A DNA stretch of 63,660 bases, the filler included, from Stramenopiles sp. TOSAG23-2 (taxonomy: Eukaryota): NCBI GenBank assembly GCA_900128395.1. It is 8 parts of 8 records of this genome, joined end to end, with 100 filler letters (N's around TTAATTAATTAA, not from the genome) between each part and the next. Parts side by side here need not be neighbours in the genome. Positions count along the whole stretch, not along the records: positions 26,927 to 53,729 come from LT649428.1; 7 more parts are not named here. The stretch is one strand, 5' to 3'. Both the position numbers and the translations under genes were made by a program. Shown one piece after another: positions 35,821 through 47,510 of this stretch. The notes under the pieces are model-generated. The model saw only the letters and a program-made list of their open reading frames with translations. It searched no databases and had not been told where the DNA came from. The number at the start of each line of letters is the position of its first letter. Within the stretch, counting starts at the first letter, position 1.

Positions 35821-38070
35821 ATGGAGTTATCGGATTTGAAAGGCAAAAATAAAATGGTAGATGGAAATAGTGGTCTAGTGCTAGATATGGTAGAAGGACC
35901 AACTAATGCTGTGGTTTCCAATGAAAGCTCTGTGCCATCTAATGATGATAAACGTATACCCATTTCAATGCAGGGTCATTCTGGACATCCAGCTTGGAAA
36001 AAAGCTGGGCAAACTACGTGGTGGATTAATTATGTCAACACTGGATTTTTTGTGGTGGGGACTGGAAATTTTTTCACCACAGCAATGCGAGTAAGAGCTC
36101 ACTACATTGTGATGTTCACAATTGTTTTAAGATTCTTCGAGCTTTGTTGGCATCCTATCGTTGGATATTTACTTGATGCAGAGATTGGAATGTCTTCTTT
36201 AGAAAAATGTGGTTTAACTCGAAAAAAATGTGGAAGACGCGTACCGTACTTCGTCGTTTCTAATTTATTAGTACTTATCCTTGGTTTTTTTACTTGGCGT
36301 CCGACCAAATGGGCTCAAATGAGTCTGAAGATGGAACCAAATGCGTTGTTATACGATATAGTTACTCGAAATGAAATTACTCATTATAAATATGAAGACG
36401 AGACTAAGCAAATTTTTCCAGCTGAGGGTTTATTTAATGGTATATCTGGATTAAATTGCGCTATGAAGTTAACATTGTATGGTACAAATGGAACTGTTTA
36501 TTATTTCAACACCACTAGGGTAGATCAAGCGGGCAACATCGTGCCGATGTATGGCAATCAAATATGCGAATCACTAGTGAATATTACGTCTGTATGTTGG
36601 CCTGGACCTACTGGTTCAAAAAATCTTGGTGATCATGGTGATCGTGTATGTGCATATATGGCTGACTACGAATTATCACGCCATTTTTTTCTTTTGTCTC
36701 TTTTCTTTTATTTATTCTCATCACCTGGAGCACGTTCAGCAGCAGCAACTACAATTGAAGTATATCCATGGAAAGAAGAACGTATGCAATTAAAGGCGTA
36801 TTCTCCGTTGCTTGGTGGTGTCTCCTTTACATTTTTTGCTGTATGCCATGCTATTATAACATCTATGAATGAACATACAAACATGCCAAATGGTGCGATA
36901 AACTTGAGAAATACTATTTCTGTCATTTATCCTATTTGGAATTTAATAAGTTTTGCTAGTGTTCCTGCTATGAAAGACGCAAAGCAAGTTGCGGATCATC
37001 ATCTGAAAGTGAAGGTGACGCTAAAGAAAGTATTGGACGAGTATAAAGACATTTTGACTGGGCCATCAACGTTTTATGTTAGATACATGTGGTTGTTGGG
37101 GTTTCCTGCTGCTGTATGGGGTTCATATTATTTAACCACAGTTATCTATTGGTTATTTTGGGTAGTTGGAGTTCCACAAGAAGATTTTATTTGGTTTGTT
37201 CTTTTGACCTATTTTTGCGGCTTAACACTTTCCGTTGTACTGAATTGTATCTTTGGACTATTGATATATGGCAAAGCATCGAAAAACGGTAGAGAAAAAT
37301 CTTTGAATCCATTGAAAGCGGGACTCGTGGGTATTTCCTTTAATTGGGTTCTTAGTTTAGTTCTGTACTGGATGTGGTTCCAGCCAATTGACCGCGATGT
37401 GTTGAAAAATGGTGGAAAAGGTAATTATATGCTAGCATTTACTTATATTATGGTTTTAGCGCCCGGCGCAGTTCCAATGGCATATTGGACCGCAGCTGCT
37501 TGGCAATGGGCAATTGATTATGATAATCAATCACGAGAAAAGCAAGGTAATAAACGCAGGGAAGCTACTATTGGGGCATTGTCCACGACGTTATCAGTGG
37601 TATCAAGTTTGATCGGTTTAGCAATTGCAAGTACATTGTTAATGGGTGATTCTCCTGTCTGTGATACACGACTTTCGGCACCAAATATTTCAAAAGAATG
37701 TGTTAATATATTGTTTTGGAGTTTTCTTATTCCAAATCCATTTTTATTTTTTTGGATCGCGATATTAGCATATAATTTTGGTTTAAAAGGTAAAAAGCTG
37801 GAAAATCTATATTTAAAACAAGGGCAATATCACGTTGCTATTGAAAGGACAGATTCATGGAACACTATACAAGCGGCAAAACAACATGTTGATCAACATG
37901 TAAATCCTATGATACAATCGATACCATTTACAATACCAGAAAATGCTTTTCCTGGAGTGGAATTGGCTATACCATTATCAAACGGCAAGACTATTCAATT
38001 TGTAGTACCAGATGGAAAAAAACCTGGTGATGTTTGTCAAGTACCATTAGTGGAAGCTGTTGAAATGTAA
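35821..38070 (+). CDS. MFS/GPH-family (MFS_2-like) transporter with a Cys-containing loop insertion
   Basis: About 12 TM segments; HPIVGYLLD, GRRVPY, EVYP..EER, IDYD......KRREA motifs. Confidence 0.75.
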   Translation: MELSDLKGKNKMVDGNSGLVLDMVEGPTNAVVSNESSVPSNDDKRIPISMQGHSGHPAWKKAGQTTWWINYVNTGFFVVGTGNFFTTAMRVRAHYIVMFTIVLRFFELCWHPIVGYLLDAEIGMSSLEKCGLTRKKCGRRVPYFVVSNLLVLILGFFTWRPTKWAQMSLKMEPNALLYDIVTRNEITHYKYEDETKQIFPAEGLFNGISGLNCAMKLTLYGTNGTVYYFNTTRVDQAGNIVPMYGNQICESLVNITSVCWPGPTGSKNLGDHGDRVCAYMADYELSRHFFLLSLFFYLFSSPGARSAAATTIEVYPWKEERMQLKAYSPLLGGVSFTFFAVCHAIITSMNEHTNMPNGAINLRNTISVIYPIWNLISFASVPAMKDAKQVADHHLKVKVTLKKVLDEYKDILTGPSTFYVRYMWLLGFPAAVWGSYYLTTVIYWLFWVVGVPQEDFIWFVLLTYFCGLTLSVVLNCIFGLLIYGKASKNGREKSLNPLKAGLVGISFNWVLSLVLYWMWFQPIDRDVLKNGGKGNYMLAFTYIMVLAPGAVPMAYWTAAAWQWAIDYDNQSREKQGNKRREATIGALSTTLSVVSSLIGLAIASTLLMGDSPVCDTRLSAPNISKECVNILFWSFLIPNPFLFFWIAILAYNFGLKGKKLENLYLKQGQYHVAIERTDSWNTIQAAKQHVDQHVNPMIQSIPFTIPENAFPGVELAIPLSNGKTIQFVVPDGKKPGDVCQVPLVEAVEM

Positions 38071-38146
38071 ATTAAAAAAAGGAAAATCAAATAAATATAT
38101 GAAAAAGGAGAAATTGTACAAACCATTCGTAATATATTTAATTTTT

Positions 38147-38245
38147 AATTTACGCATAATTTATTTGTTTTAATTTTTACTCATGATATTATTCCTACTC
38201 TTCAAAAGAATACAATAACTGAAATATGATAATCTATCTCACACT
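38147..38245 (+). repeat. Dispersed repeat family A copy
   Basis: aatttacgcataatttattt...actcatgata...ttcctactcttcaaaagaatacaataactgaaata...aatctatctcacac. Confidence 0.9.
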
Positions 38246-38351
38246 CTAATGCGCGTATGTTACTTTGTTAATATGCATTTAAGCATATGATATGATACAT
38301 CATTTAATATATAATAAATATCATTATATAAATATATACTCTCGTATAATG

Positions 38352-38480
38352 ACGGGAAGTAAAAATTATTACGAACCGTTTTAACTTTTAAGATTTTAAC
38401 CATCATTATAATGTCATTTCATATCATTAATATATATATTATATATATATATATGTATCATAAATTATGCGTAAACTAAA
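38352..38480 (-). repeat. Short terminal remnants of families B and A
   Basis: acgggaagtaaaaattatt...agattttaaccatc and taaattatgcgtaaac. Confidence 0.6.
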
Positions 38481-38564
38481 TTATATATCATATGATAATA
38501 TATATGCATATCATATCATAAATCACCATATGAATATGATATTACATAAATTTGTTTGAACCAT

Positions 38565-39548
38565 TTATTCTTCAGCAGAAGTAACCATAGTGTTCAAACC
38601 GCAAGCACCTTTACCACGACAAATTCTGTAGTATCCTTTTTCTCCCCAACCTGGACCCCAAGAATTTTTGATTTTCCAGTAATCACCTTTCTTTGGATCA
38701 GTTCCATATCCAACGATTAATACACCATGATCTAATTGTTTAGGATTACAAAGAACTTTCCATGGGCATGCGACACCACCTCCATAAAATTGCATTGGGC
38801 CAGCATTAATACCAATACTTAATGGACCTCTTTTCACCAATTGTGCAGCAATTTGAGTTTCATCTTGAGAGATTGCAGTCCAGTTGGTGATGGATACACC
38901 AACTTTCCCTTGTTTTGCTTCGCATGTACCCCCAACGCCTTTGTATGGATAGGATTCTTCTGTGTCAATACCTTTATTTGCTAAAATGTATTTGTATGCG
39001 TTTGATGGAAGGCCCCCCTGGCAACCTTGATCACCAAATTTCTTATCACAATCTACCAATTGTTGTTCACTTAGCGATACCAATTTTCCAGTTTTTAAGA
39101 AAGTTACACCTTCAAGGTTCCCAGTTGTAGAGAATGCCCAGCATGATCCGCATTGGCCTTGGTTCTTCACAGGCGTTACAGCACCTTTTGCTACCCAGTC
39201 AATACTTGATTCTGCAGTTGGAGCGATATCTTCAGCTACAGGTAAGTCAAGATCTTCTGGCTTTTGCGCAAGTCCTAAGAATTTCTGGCGAAATTCTTCT
39301 TGTGTTAAATCTGAGTGTTGCGTAACACCATAAATGGCACCTTCGTCAGCAGCTTGGTATTCAGCAGCAATTTCAAGATTAGCGGTGAAAATTGCTAAAC
39401 GTTTTGCTTCTTCTTCCACGGTTTCATAAATTTTATTAAAGTCTTTTTTAAATTGGCTAAATTTAAGATTGGCAATATTTAATTTCATAGGTATTGCAGC
39501 ATATGCAACGGTAGCAGTCAATGCTAATATTAATAATTGTACTTTCAT
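38565..39548 (-). CDS. Papain-family (C1A) cysteine protease, cathepsin L/F-like
   Basis: Signal peptide, I29 propeptide, QGQCGSCWAFS, LSEQQLVDCD, LDHGVLIVGYG, YWKIKNSWG. Confidence 0.97.
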   Translation of the reverse strand: MKVQLLILALTATVAYAAIPMKLNIANLKFSQFKKDFNKIYETVEEEAKRLAIFTANLEIAAEYQAADEGAIYGVTQHSDLTQEEFRQKFLGLAQKPEDLDLPVAEDIAPTAESSIDWVAKGAVTPVKNQGQCGSCWAFSTTGNLEGVTFLKTGKLVSLSEQQLVDCDKKFGDQGCQGGLPSNAYKYILANKGIDTEESYPYKGVGGTCEAKQGKVGVSITNWTAISQDETQIAAQLVKRGPLSIGINAGPMQFYGGGVACPWKVLCNPKQLDHGVLIVGYGTDPKKGDYWKIKNSWGPGWGEKGYYRICRGKGACGLNTMVTSAEE

Positions 39549-40238
39549 CTTTTTGTGTTTAGATAAATATATATTGTCGGTTGGTCTGGTTGTTAATAGA
39601 TAATAATATAATATAATCTTTATATTTCATCCTACCCCCTGGCCTACACACATTTTCGAATATATTCTAGATATATATATATAATCCGTCAAATAATAAA
39701 AAGGAAGGACAATGCTGTGCGGTTCCTGCAAGCCTTTGCCAGCAACAAGAAAAGAAGAGAGATCCGTGAGAATCAGAAAGAATCTCAAAAAAAATAACAC
39801 TACACAGTATATATTATAATATTAATATAATAATATTTATAAAGATTTATTTCGACGAGGTTTCGCTGAGTGCCTGAAGTTTTCAACAAAAACGCTTCCA
39901 TCAGCTCCACATTAATATTAATACAAGGGATTTAGCAGGTCCAATTACAATATTTTATTGTAGGTGGTTATAGGTTAAGGTAGCGTAATAAGTAAAAAAA
40001 AAAAAATGAAGAAAACCAGAAAAAACACAACAACACGTTCGTCGTTGTTTTTTTTCCGTCTTACGACGCACGGGAAAAGAAAAGTCTTATACGACTATTA
40101 ATATTAATTTTTTGTATTTTGTAAATTATAGATAGCGATCTCTTCTATACTATAGATAAATTTGTGAAGTAAGATTTTAACATTGATTAACTATCGTATT
40201 ATAATTATCATTGTTATTTACTATTATCATTATTTATT

Positions 40239-41972
40239 ATGGATGATATTGAAGATATTCATAAACATGCATGCTTGCAACGTGTAACATGTAGTGCCAC
40301 TGTTAAAGATGGTGATGATGCACCACATAACTGTCAGATTTGCCCACACTTTACGGCAGCAGCAACGTCAGTAAAATCATCGAATGATAATGGGCCTGGT
40401 GACTTAGGTTATATCCCTGATCCAAATGCATATAAAGTTCCAGTGTTGCGCCCACCAACTGTGAATGGCTCTAAAGTTATTGCAAAATCAGATGAATTTC
40501 CTGTAATTAATCCATACGGTGATAAATTGTCACTTGATACTTTAATTGCACTTCGTCTTGAAGAGTCTATTCCACAAACAAAATACAGAGAAGGTGTAAC
40601 AAATGGTACAATTAAACCACAAAGTGATCGTGATCGTTACATGTATTTAGGAGAGAAAGGAGAATGGCCTTACTATCGCAAAGGTTTTAAAGAATACATA
40701 TCAAATCACGAGGACAGGGAACCACACCGTTCAACAGAAGCAAATAAAACGTTTATGCCAATGTTAGAACAATTTGTAAAAAGTGTCAGGGACGGAAAAC
40801 CACCAACCCCATATGAACCAAAAATTATAAATGGTTATGATACATATTGCAATCCATCACGTGATGCAGCTGAGCAAAAGGTATTATTTGGACAAAATCC
40901 TGTTGTTGTTGGTTGTTCTCAAGATTTACCAGGTCCAGATAGTTACAAACGTATTGTTATAGCAGGCAAATCAATGATTTTAACACGAGATTCCAGTGGG
41001 AAAATTCATTGTTTTGAAAATGCTTGTCGTCATCGTGGGATGGAATTGGTACGAGAGACAGACAACGATGTTGGGAAAAAGCCATTGTTCGTCTGTCCAT
41101 ATCACAGCTGGGTCTACAACAGCTCCGGAGAATTAGTTAACGTTCCATTTGAAGAAGGTTTTGCTAATGATCCAAAAGTACATATTGAAGACCGTGGTTT
41201 AATTGAAGTGCCAAGTAAGGAAATTATTGGGTTGTTATATATTATCCCATCTCCAAAACCAAATGCAAATATTGATGAATTGTTTAAGATTGCTATGCCC
41301 GATGATTTAATGAAAGAATTATCAGTAATACATTTTGAAAAATTTAAATCAACCGTAGAACAAACCGTGAAAGTCAATGCAAATTGGAAATTGGGGGTAG
41401 ATACATTTGGTGAATCATATCATTTTAGTACAGTACACCCGAATTTGAAATTGTCCTTAGTACCAAACAGAAGTGTATTTAGAACATTTGGTGGTGAAAC
41501 TGGCGATAATAGTTGTATGACGCTTGGTAACTTTACTACCAGAGTGATTGTTGAAGACAATATTGATAAGAAAGAATGGGCAAATCCATCAGTTATTGAT
41601 CATTTGACTCAAGTATATCATCTTGCACCAAATTTAGTGATATTGCTAGGTGGAACCCTCACATTTAATTATTTCTGGCCAGGTGAAAGTCCAGAGGTGA
41701 GTTATGTAAAAATCGTGCAGTATGAAACACAGTATCCAAAGACAGCAGGGCAAAGAAATCTATCTGCACAATCATTTACAGCTTTGATGGATGTTGTAGC
41801 AACGGAAGATTTTCCATTGTTACCAAGAATGCAATCAAATTTTAGCAAAAATAAACATATGGAATTGGTATTTGGAAGGCATGAGCCGATGTTAACGAAC
41901 AGACATAATTACTTTGAACGAAAAATTGCTGGTGAGAATTGGGAACGGAAAGGAGTAAAAAGTAAATTATAA
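40239..41972 (+). CDS. Rieske non-heme iron oxygenase alpha subunit (ring-hydroxylating/choline monooxygenase-like) with N-terminal extension
   Basis: NACRHRG and CPYHSWVY Rieske ligands; ANWKLGVDTFGESYHFSTVH and a distal ED for mononuclear Fe. Confidence 0.92.
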   Translation: MDDIEDIHKHACLQRVTCSATVKDGDDAPHNCQICPHFTAAATSVKSSNDNGPGDLGYIPDPNAYKVPVLRPPTVNGSKVIAKSDEFPVINPYGDKLSLDTLIALRLEESIPQTKYREGVTNGTIKPQSDRDRYMYLGEKGEWPYYRKGFKEYISNHEDREPHRSTEANKTFMPMLEQFVKSVRDGKPPTPYEPKIINGYDTYCNPSRDAAEQKVLFGQNPVVVGCSQDLPGPDSYKRIVIAGKSMILTRDSSGKIHCFENACRHRGMELVRETDNDVGKKPLFVCPYHSWVYNSSGELVNVPFEEGFANDPKVHIEDRGLIEVPSKEIIGLLYIIPSPKPNANIDELFKIAMPDDLMKELSVIHFEKFKSTVEQTVKVNANWKLGVDTFGESYHFSTVHPNLKLSLVPNRSVFRTFGGETGDNSCMTLGNFTTRVIVEDNIDKKEWANPSVIDHLTQVYHLAPNLVILLGGTLTFNYFWPGESPEVSYVKIVQYETQYPKTAGQRNLSAQSFTALMDVVATEDFPLLPRMQSNFSKNKHMELVFGRHEPMLTNRHNYFERKIAGENWERKGVKSKL

Positions 41973-42308
41973 TTTGGTCACACACTCCACTCGAATCGGA
42001 CATTTGGTTTACAGAGAGTGTATTTTTTTCAGAAGTTGACTTGGTCCATTTTTTTTTTTTGGAAATGACAAATATTATAGCAACCGCTATTACTACCAGG
42101 TGGTATGTCAAAATTAGCATAAAACATAAAACTAACTACTATTAAAATTTTTACGATGTTACTATTTAAACTGTTACCCAGACTCTTTTTCCTATATGTC
42201 GTGTACTTGACAATACAAAGACTATTGCCTGCTAAAAATACTATGAGATATATATATATATATACGAAGTATAATTTAATTTAATACCGGTGTATATAAA
42301 TCATTTTC

Positions 42309-45287
42309 TTACATACCTTGAGTATTGATATTAATACTCCTCAAATATTCCTTTAATGCTTTTTTCTTTTCATCTTTATCTTTTTTCTTTACTTTTTGAT
42401 TAGCTGGTACCACGTCTAATTGTTGATAATGTGGTAAAAATTGAGTGTTACATATTTTTCCATTCCAAGCATTTGTTACCGCTTGGGCGACAGGAGATGT
42501 ACAATCTTGAACATCTTTAAATGCATCATATGTCTCCGCGCCAAAACGTAATTTAACATGTGCAGCAGAATATACGGCTGGTGTCTCATCCTCTTGATTT
42601 CCAGCAACGTTGCCAGAGTTAAGATTAGATTTGAGCAATAAAGCAGTTGCAGCAACAAATGGTATGAAAAATTGTGGATTGCCATTCAATTCATTCGCTT
42701 GTAAAAGCCGTGCAGATGCCAACAATGCCCCTTTCTTAGTTTCTTTTTTATTGCCTAGATGTTCTACATTCGGTGTCCATACATTGACAATAATTTGCCA
42801 GAATAAATTATTTTGCATTCCATTCATAATTGTAGCTGGTCCCTCGTAACCATGTTTGGCTATGAAGTAAGATAAAAATGTCAAAAACCCACGTTTATAA
42901 TTAATCGTATTTCGTTTAGGATCTTGTAAAGCCGTTAACAATAAATTAAATATGTGAGGTAAAAATTGTTGAATACTTTGTAATGGCAAGCAAGTTACAA
43001 TCACACCTAACAAATCAAATGAACTTGATTCAGTGGAACGTGTTGAAAATGCACTTTGCCAACAACCAAGTAAAGGGCTGAGTTTCGCAATACATACTTG
43101 TGGTGCAACTTTTAAATATGCAACAAGTATACGAACCAATGCAGGGACATTACCACGTGACATCCATAAACCAGGATTCAACAATGGTTGGAACAATTCT
43201 TTATATCCATTGGACAATCCCATTCCATTTTGTCGCAACTCCAATAATTGGGCTAAAATTTGAAATACGTATGGCATGAAATCTTCAATTTCTTTTTTTA
43301 AAATATCCATAAATGGTGGAAATAGCAATGATTCAAACGTGTTCACAACGTTTGCCGATGTATTTTTACCACCAACAAATTTAACTAGTGCAGACAAGGA
43401 TTCAAATAAGTAATGATTATACTGTGGATTAGATGGATTTGCGCTTACTCGTACTAAAATTTGTGCCAACACCGTGATACATTGTTGCGTACTATTGCTT
43501 ATGTCAACTCCTGCATGCCCAGCGCTTACAATCACGCGCATGACACATTTCATTAAATATTCATTTTCAGGATAATCATTTCTAGTTATTATTTGAAACA
43601 AACTTGATAACATTGTTTCTAAATTTTGTTGTATCATCTGTGGATTAACACGGTACAAACTTTTATTATCCGGCCTCTTCATTGCTAATACCCGTTCTAA
43701 CCACGCCGCCGCATACGTATGCACAACGTATGATTTAGCTTGCAAATGATTGATGATCAATGGCAATACAACATTAAGAGCATCATCTGGCAATTGCTGG
43801 CGAAACATGGAAGCAAATTTTATAGCATCCGCTTTAAGGATAGCAGCGCCATCATTTGGCCCACTTTGCAATTCTGGTAAAACTTGAGTGCCGATGAAAT
43901 CAACAACATTTATCAATGCGTTAGTCGTTGTAGCACCATGTGCACGAGTAGTACCTTTTGCACTTAATGCCAATACCAATGTAATTGCTGCATCTTTTTT
44001 CTTCCATTCTTGTGACGGATTTTTGCCATATTCACCCAACAAAATATTGACATAATTACCACAAATTCCAGTAACACTTTTCTCATAGTTCACACATAAA
44101 CCTTGTACTAAATCACATGCACTGCGACGTCTGGAATCAGCATCTGCACCTTCGATGTCTCTACGAATATATTCAATAGGGTTATCCTCAAAATCCTCTT
44201 CATCTGTTTCTCGTAACATGACATTTTGCACTACAATCTTTTCACATATAGCACGTTGCGTATTTTCATCTTGAAACAATTGTTTATGCCACGGTTTCTT
44301 CACTACACTAGTTAAAAATTTCATTGCTGAATTGATTACTATGTCATACCTTGCTACTGGTTTTAAATTCGTTAATAATGCCCATATGCCGCTTGTAAAT
44401 TTTTCCATGAATGGTTGAAACTCTTCTTCGTATTTTTCAGCGTATAAAGCTACATTTTCAATCAGAGCAGATTGCAATTTTTCCACTTGCGTAGATTCAA
44501 ATTCTATTGCTTTTGCATCAATTGCAGCCGATGAAAACGTTAAAAATTTAATATGAAAACCCATCCATTCCTGGATATGATCTTCAAAATATTCTGGTAA
44601 ATCTTGGTAATTCAATGAATAAAATATTCTTGCTAATGTTCTCAATGCTTTCAAATGCTGTTGCAATACCGCTTCGTTTGTATTGGGCTGTCCAGCTAAT
44701 TGTCCAACAACATTTGCCAAATGCCCAAACAATTGCAACATAGGTACTTGAAACTGTTTTAATACTGCTAATAAATCCAACAATACACCGTCTGTTTTCC
44801 TAACATATCGAAAACGTTTAAAAATTGAATTTGCAGTTTCTAACATTCCATTGATTACGCTCATATTGTTCATATTTTGCTGTAATTTGGAAATTATCTC
44901 TGGTAATAGCGTTGGCCAATCCTTCGGGAAATCAATGGCGGCAATTATCCTCAAAGCTTCGCTTAACTGTGCCATAACAGGTCCAGGTGTCGTACACATT
45001 AAGTTAACAATATGTTGCTTTACACCATTACGTTCCTCTTGCGTTACATTAATTGCAAGTTCATCTGGACTAAATGCTTTTTTAACAAAATTTTTAAACG
45101 CAATTGCACCTGCTTGTCTTATCGCTAGATCGACCGTATTGACCGACATTAATTTTAAGATAGTCACGGCAAATCCTGGTTGTGTTTGTGCTTGTTTTAA
45201 TGAATTTTCAGCATTTTGACGTTGTTGTTGGTCAGCGATTTGTGTCCCTGCCAATATTTGTGCCAATTGTGTCATAGCTGGATCCAT
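42309..45287 (-). CDS. CSE1: Exportin-2 / CSE1 (CAS)
   Basis: IBN_N (AIAFKNFVK), DFPKDWPTLLPE, IFYSLNYQDLPEYFEDH, EDNPIEYIRRDIEG.D.DSRRRSACDLV, VVHTYAA, ENEYLMKCVMR. Confidence 0.97.
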   Translation of the reverse strand: MDPAMTQLAQILAGTQIADQQQRQNAENSLKQAQTQPGFAVTILKLMSVNTVDLAIRQAGAIAFKNFVKKAFSPDELAINVTQEERNGVKQHIVNLMCTTPGPVMAQLSEALRIIAAIDFPKDWPTLLPEIISKLQQNMNNMSVINGMLETANSIFKRFRYVRKTDGVLLDLLAVLKQFQVPMLQLFGHLANVVGQLAGQPNTNEAVLQQHLKALRTLARIFYSLNYQDLPEYFEDHIQEWMGFHIKFLTFSSAAIDAKAIEFESTQVEKLQSALIENVALYAEKYEEEFQPFMEKFTSGIWALLTNLKPVARYDIVINSAMKFLTSVVKKPWHKQLFQDENTQRAICEKIVVQNVMLRETDEEDFEDNPIEYIRRDIEGADADSRRRSACDLVQGLCVNYEKSVTGICGNYVNILLGEYGKNPSQEWKKKDAAITLVLALSAKGTTRAHGATTTNALINVVDFIGTQVLPELQSGPNDGAAILKADAIKFASMFRQQLPDDALNVVLPLIINHLQAKSYVVHTYAAAWLERVLAMKRPDNKSLYRVNPQMIQQNLETMLSSLFQIITRNDYPENEYLMKCVMRVIVSAGHAGVDISNSTQQCITVLAQILVRVSANPSNPQYNHYLFESLSALVKFVGGKNTSANVVNTFESLLFPPFMDILKKEIEDFMPYVFQILAQLLELRQNGMGLSNGYKELFQPLLNPGLWMSRGNVPALVRILVAYLKVAPQVCIAKLSPLLGCWQSAFSTRSTESSSFDLLGVIVTCLPLQSIQQFLPHIFNLLLTALQDPKRNTINYKRGFLTFLSYFIAKHGYEGPATIMNGMQNNLFWQIIVNVWTPNVEHLGNKKETKKGALLASARLLQANELNGNPQFFIPFVAATALLLKSNLNSGNVAGNQEDETPAVYSAAHVKLRFGAETYDAFKDVQDCTSPVAQAVTNAWNGKICNTQFLPHYQQLDVVPANQKVKKKDKDEKKKALKEYLRSININTQGM

Positions 45288-46075
45288 TTTTTTTTTTAAT
45301 ATATATGTGTATGTATATATATATATATTAGACGCCTTGATATATAAAGGTGGTATTATTATATTTAATATCTATCGATGCAAATAATAAGTTCTCTTTG
45401 GTATCTATATATGTTAATGGTTTTTTACTTTCTTTTCTATCTCTCCCCTTGAAATTATTTATCTTATTAATAAATCAAAATTCAAATTAAAATGTCAATA
45501 AAAAATAAAAAAAGTTAACAACAACAACATTTTCATGAGTGGTGGTCGCCCAAAAAAAAAAAAAAGAAACCTGCACCTTAAATCCCCAGATTTAAGGGTT
45601 TTCTAGGGAAAAAAAGAACGTTACATTGACGGTTTTAACTGTAAACTGTAAAAACACTTTTAATTTGTACGTGAACTAAGATATATATCCACACAATGAG
45701 CTTATACATGTATAATCTTAGACGACATTGATATACATGTGTGACTCAATAAATAAATATACGGTTGATTAACTAATTATATATTTCGTAATACTTTGAT
45801 TCTCGTACACATTATACACACACATAGCATATTTATATATATTTAATTTATATTTAGATATAAATTGATATTTTTTAACAAATCTAGAAAGAAAAAAAGA
45901 GCAAGAAAAATGTATAACAAATTGGAATTAAATTTAAATATACGGGAACGGGCTAACACTAGTAAAAATAATAACAAGAAAAATGGTACACCTCGTAAAC
46001 CATCTCGACCAAATATAAATGCAAATGTTAAAACACCTCCACGTCCATCACCACGGACAAGTAAAATTAATTCAT

Positions 46076-46255
46076 CTTCCACCGTACGACTTGACTCGTT
46101 TTGGTTTTCAGGTATAGATAACATTGCATTTCCAGGAATTGAAATATCTTCCCCTTCCACCGTACGACTTGAGTCGTTTTGGTTTTCAGGTAACGATGTT
46201 AACCGAGCATTCTCCCTTTCCACCGTACAACTTGGGTCGTTTAGGTTTTCAGGTG
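46076..46255. repeat. Three imperfect direct repeats of about 39 nt inside a small orphan ORF
   Basis: ttccaccgtac(g/a)acttg..tcgttt.ggttttcaggt near 46076, 46155 and 46217; on the minus strand they encode PEN.N..S.TVE three times. Confidence 0.75.
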
Positions 46256-47055
46256 TGATGCGGTTTTTCGTGGTGATTAAAACCATTAAATATATATATA
46301 CAATATATATATATATATATATATAAACAAATATATATACACACAAACAGGCGCTTACAAATAATATAATAACGAAAAAAATTCTTCTTTATTTCGTTTT
46401 CTTCTTTTACTTTTACGTTTTCTTCTTACGATATCTTATTGATGATTCGAAATAATTAATAAATGTGTACACATGTATATATTACATATTTTGATTATTG
46501 TAAATTTATTACATATTTCATTCATTAATTAATTGTATATTAAAATGTTTTACTCCTCTCTCTCTCTCTTCTCCCTAAAAAAAAAATAAAAAAATATAAA
46601 AATTTAATAGGAATATTTGTACTTAAATTTATACAACACTACGAGGACAATCACTTTCCGAAACAACTCGGTAGCTGAGCCCTGGGGAACATGACAGAAT
46701 AAAAAAAATAGCAGCATCAGATGCAATAGCTCTTAACAAGTACAGATTCAGTATACCAACAATATTATTATTAGATAGGAATTTTCCTACCTTGCCGCAT
46801 TTTAAGAAACAACACAGCATAAAGTTCAAGCTGGGCTATAGTGCTAGAATTCCTAATTCTGGACTCAGCTGTAACAAAACCTCAAACTCAGCCCAGGGCC
46901 CAGGGTAAGGTTCTGCCACCACGATATAGTTAGAGATAGGGTTTTACCAAATTTCAAATAATTAGTACAGGGTACTATTGAATACATTTTAATTCAATAT
47001 AAAGATATATATATATATATGTTGTAACATTTATACGGTATAAATATATATGTAT

Positions 47056-47143
47056 TATAAGTCCGAAGTACTTCACCTTTTGATGTTAATATATGTATTA
47101 TTACATAATAGCAATAAATTGTCCAAAAGGTGAAGTACTTCGG
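47056..47143. repeat. Inverted-repeat cassette 1 (20-bp arms, 41-nt spacer)
   Basis: ccgaagtacttcaccttttg 47063-47082 / caaaaggtgaagtacttcgg 47124-47143. Confidence 0.92.
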
Positions 47144-47510
47144 CCTTTTTTTAAAAAATATCGAAAATTGAAAATTTTTGTTCATTTTTATGATTTTTAC
47201 GTAAGGTATGGAAAGAAATTTACTATAATTGGACTTGATGGTAATAACAAATGTATATCGAATTATTGTTTTTTTGTTCATATTGATTAAAAAATATTGT
47301 TTTTTATTAATAATATATTGCTTATGAATGTGATAGATTATATGCAAACTGTTTTGTAGAAATATTTCATCAAAAAGGGACTTAAAAGTGATGTCGTAAA
47401 CACTTACAGTATTGGATAAATGTAAGAGATACAACACCAAATGCAACTCGTTGTATGCATGCTTGGAGTATGTCGGAGATAATTGATGCGGTATAGTCTT
47501 GTATATGCTT

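Noticed and set aside
46670-46910. Possible inverted-repeat element (gctgagccctggg / cccagggcccag)
   Set aside because: Arms too short and mismatched to support a call
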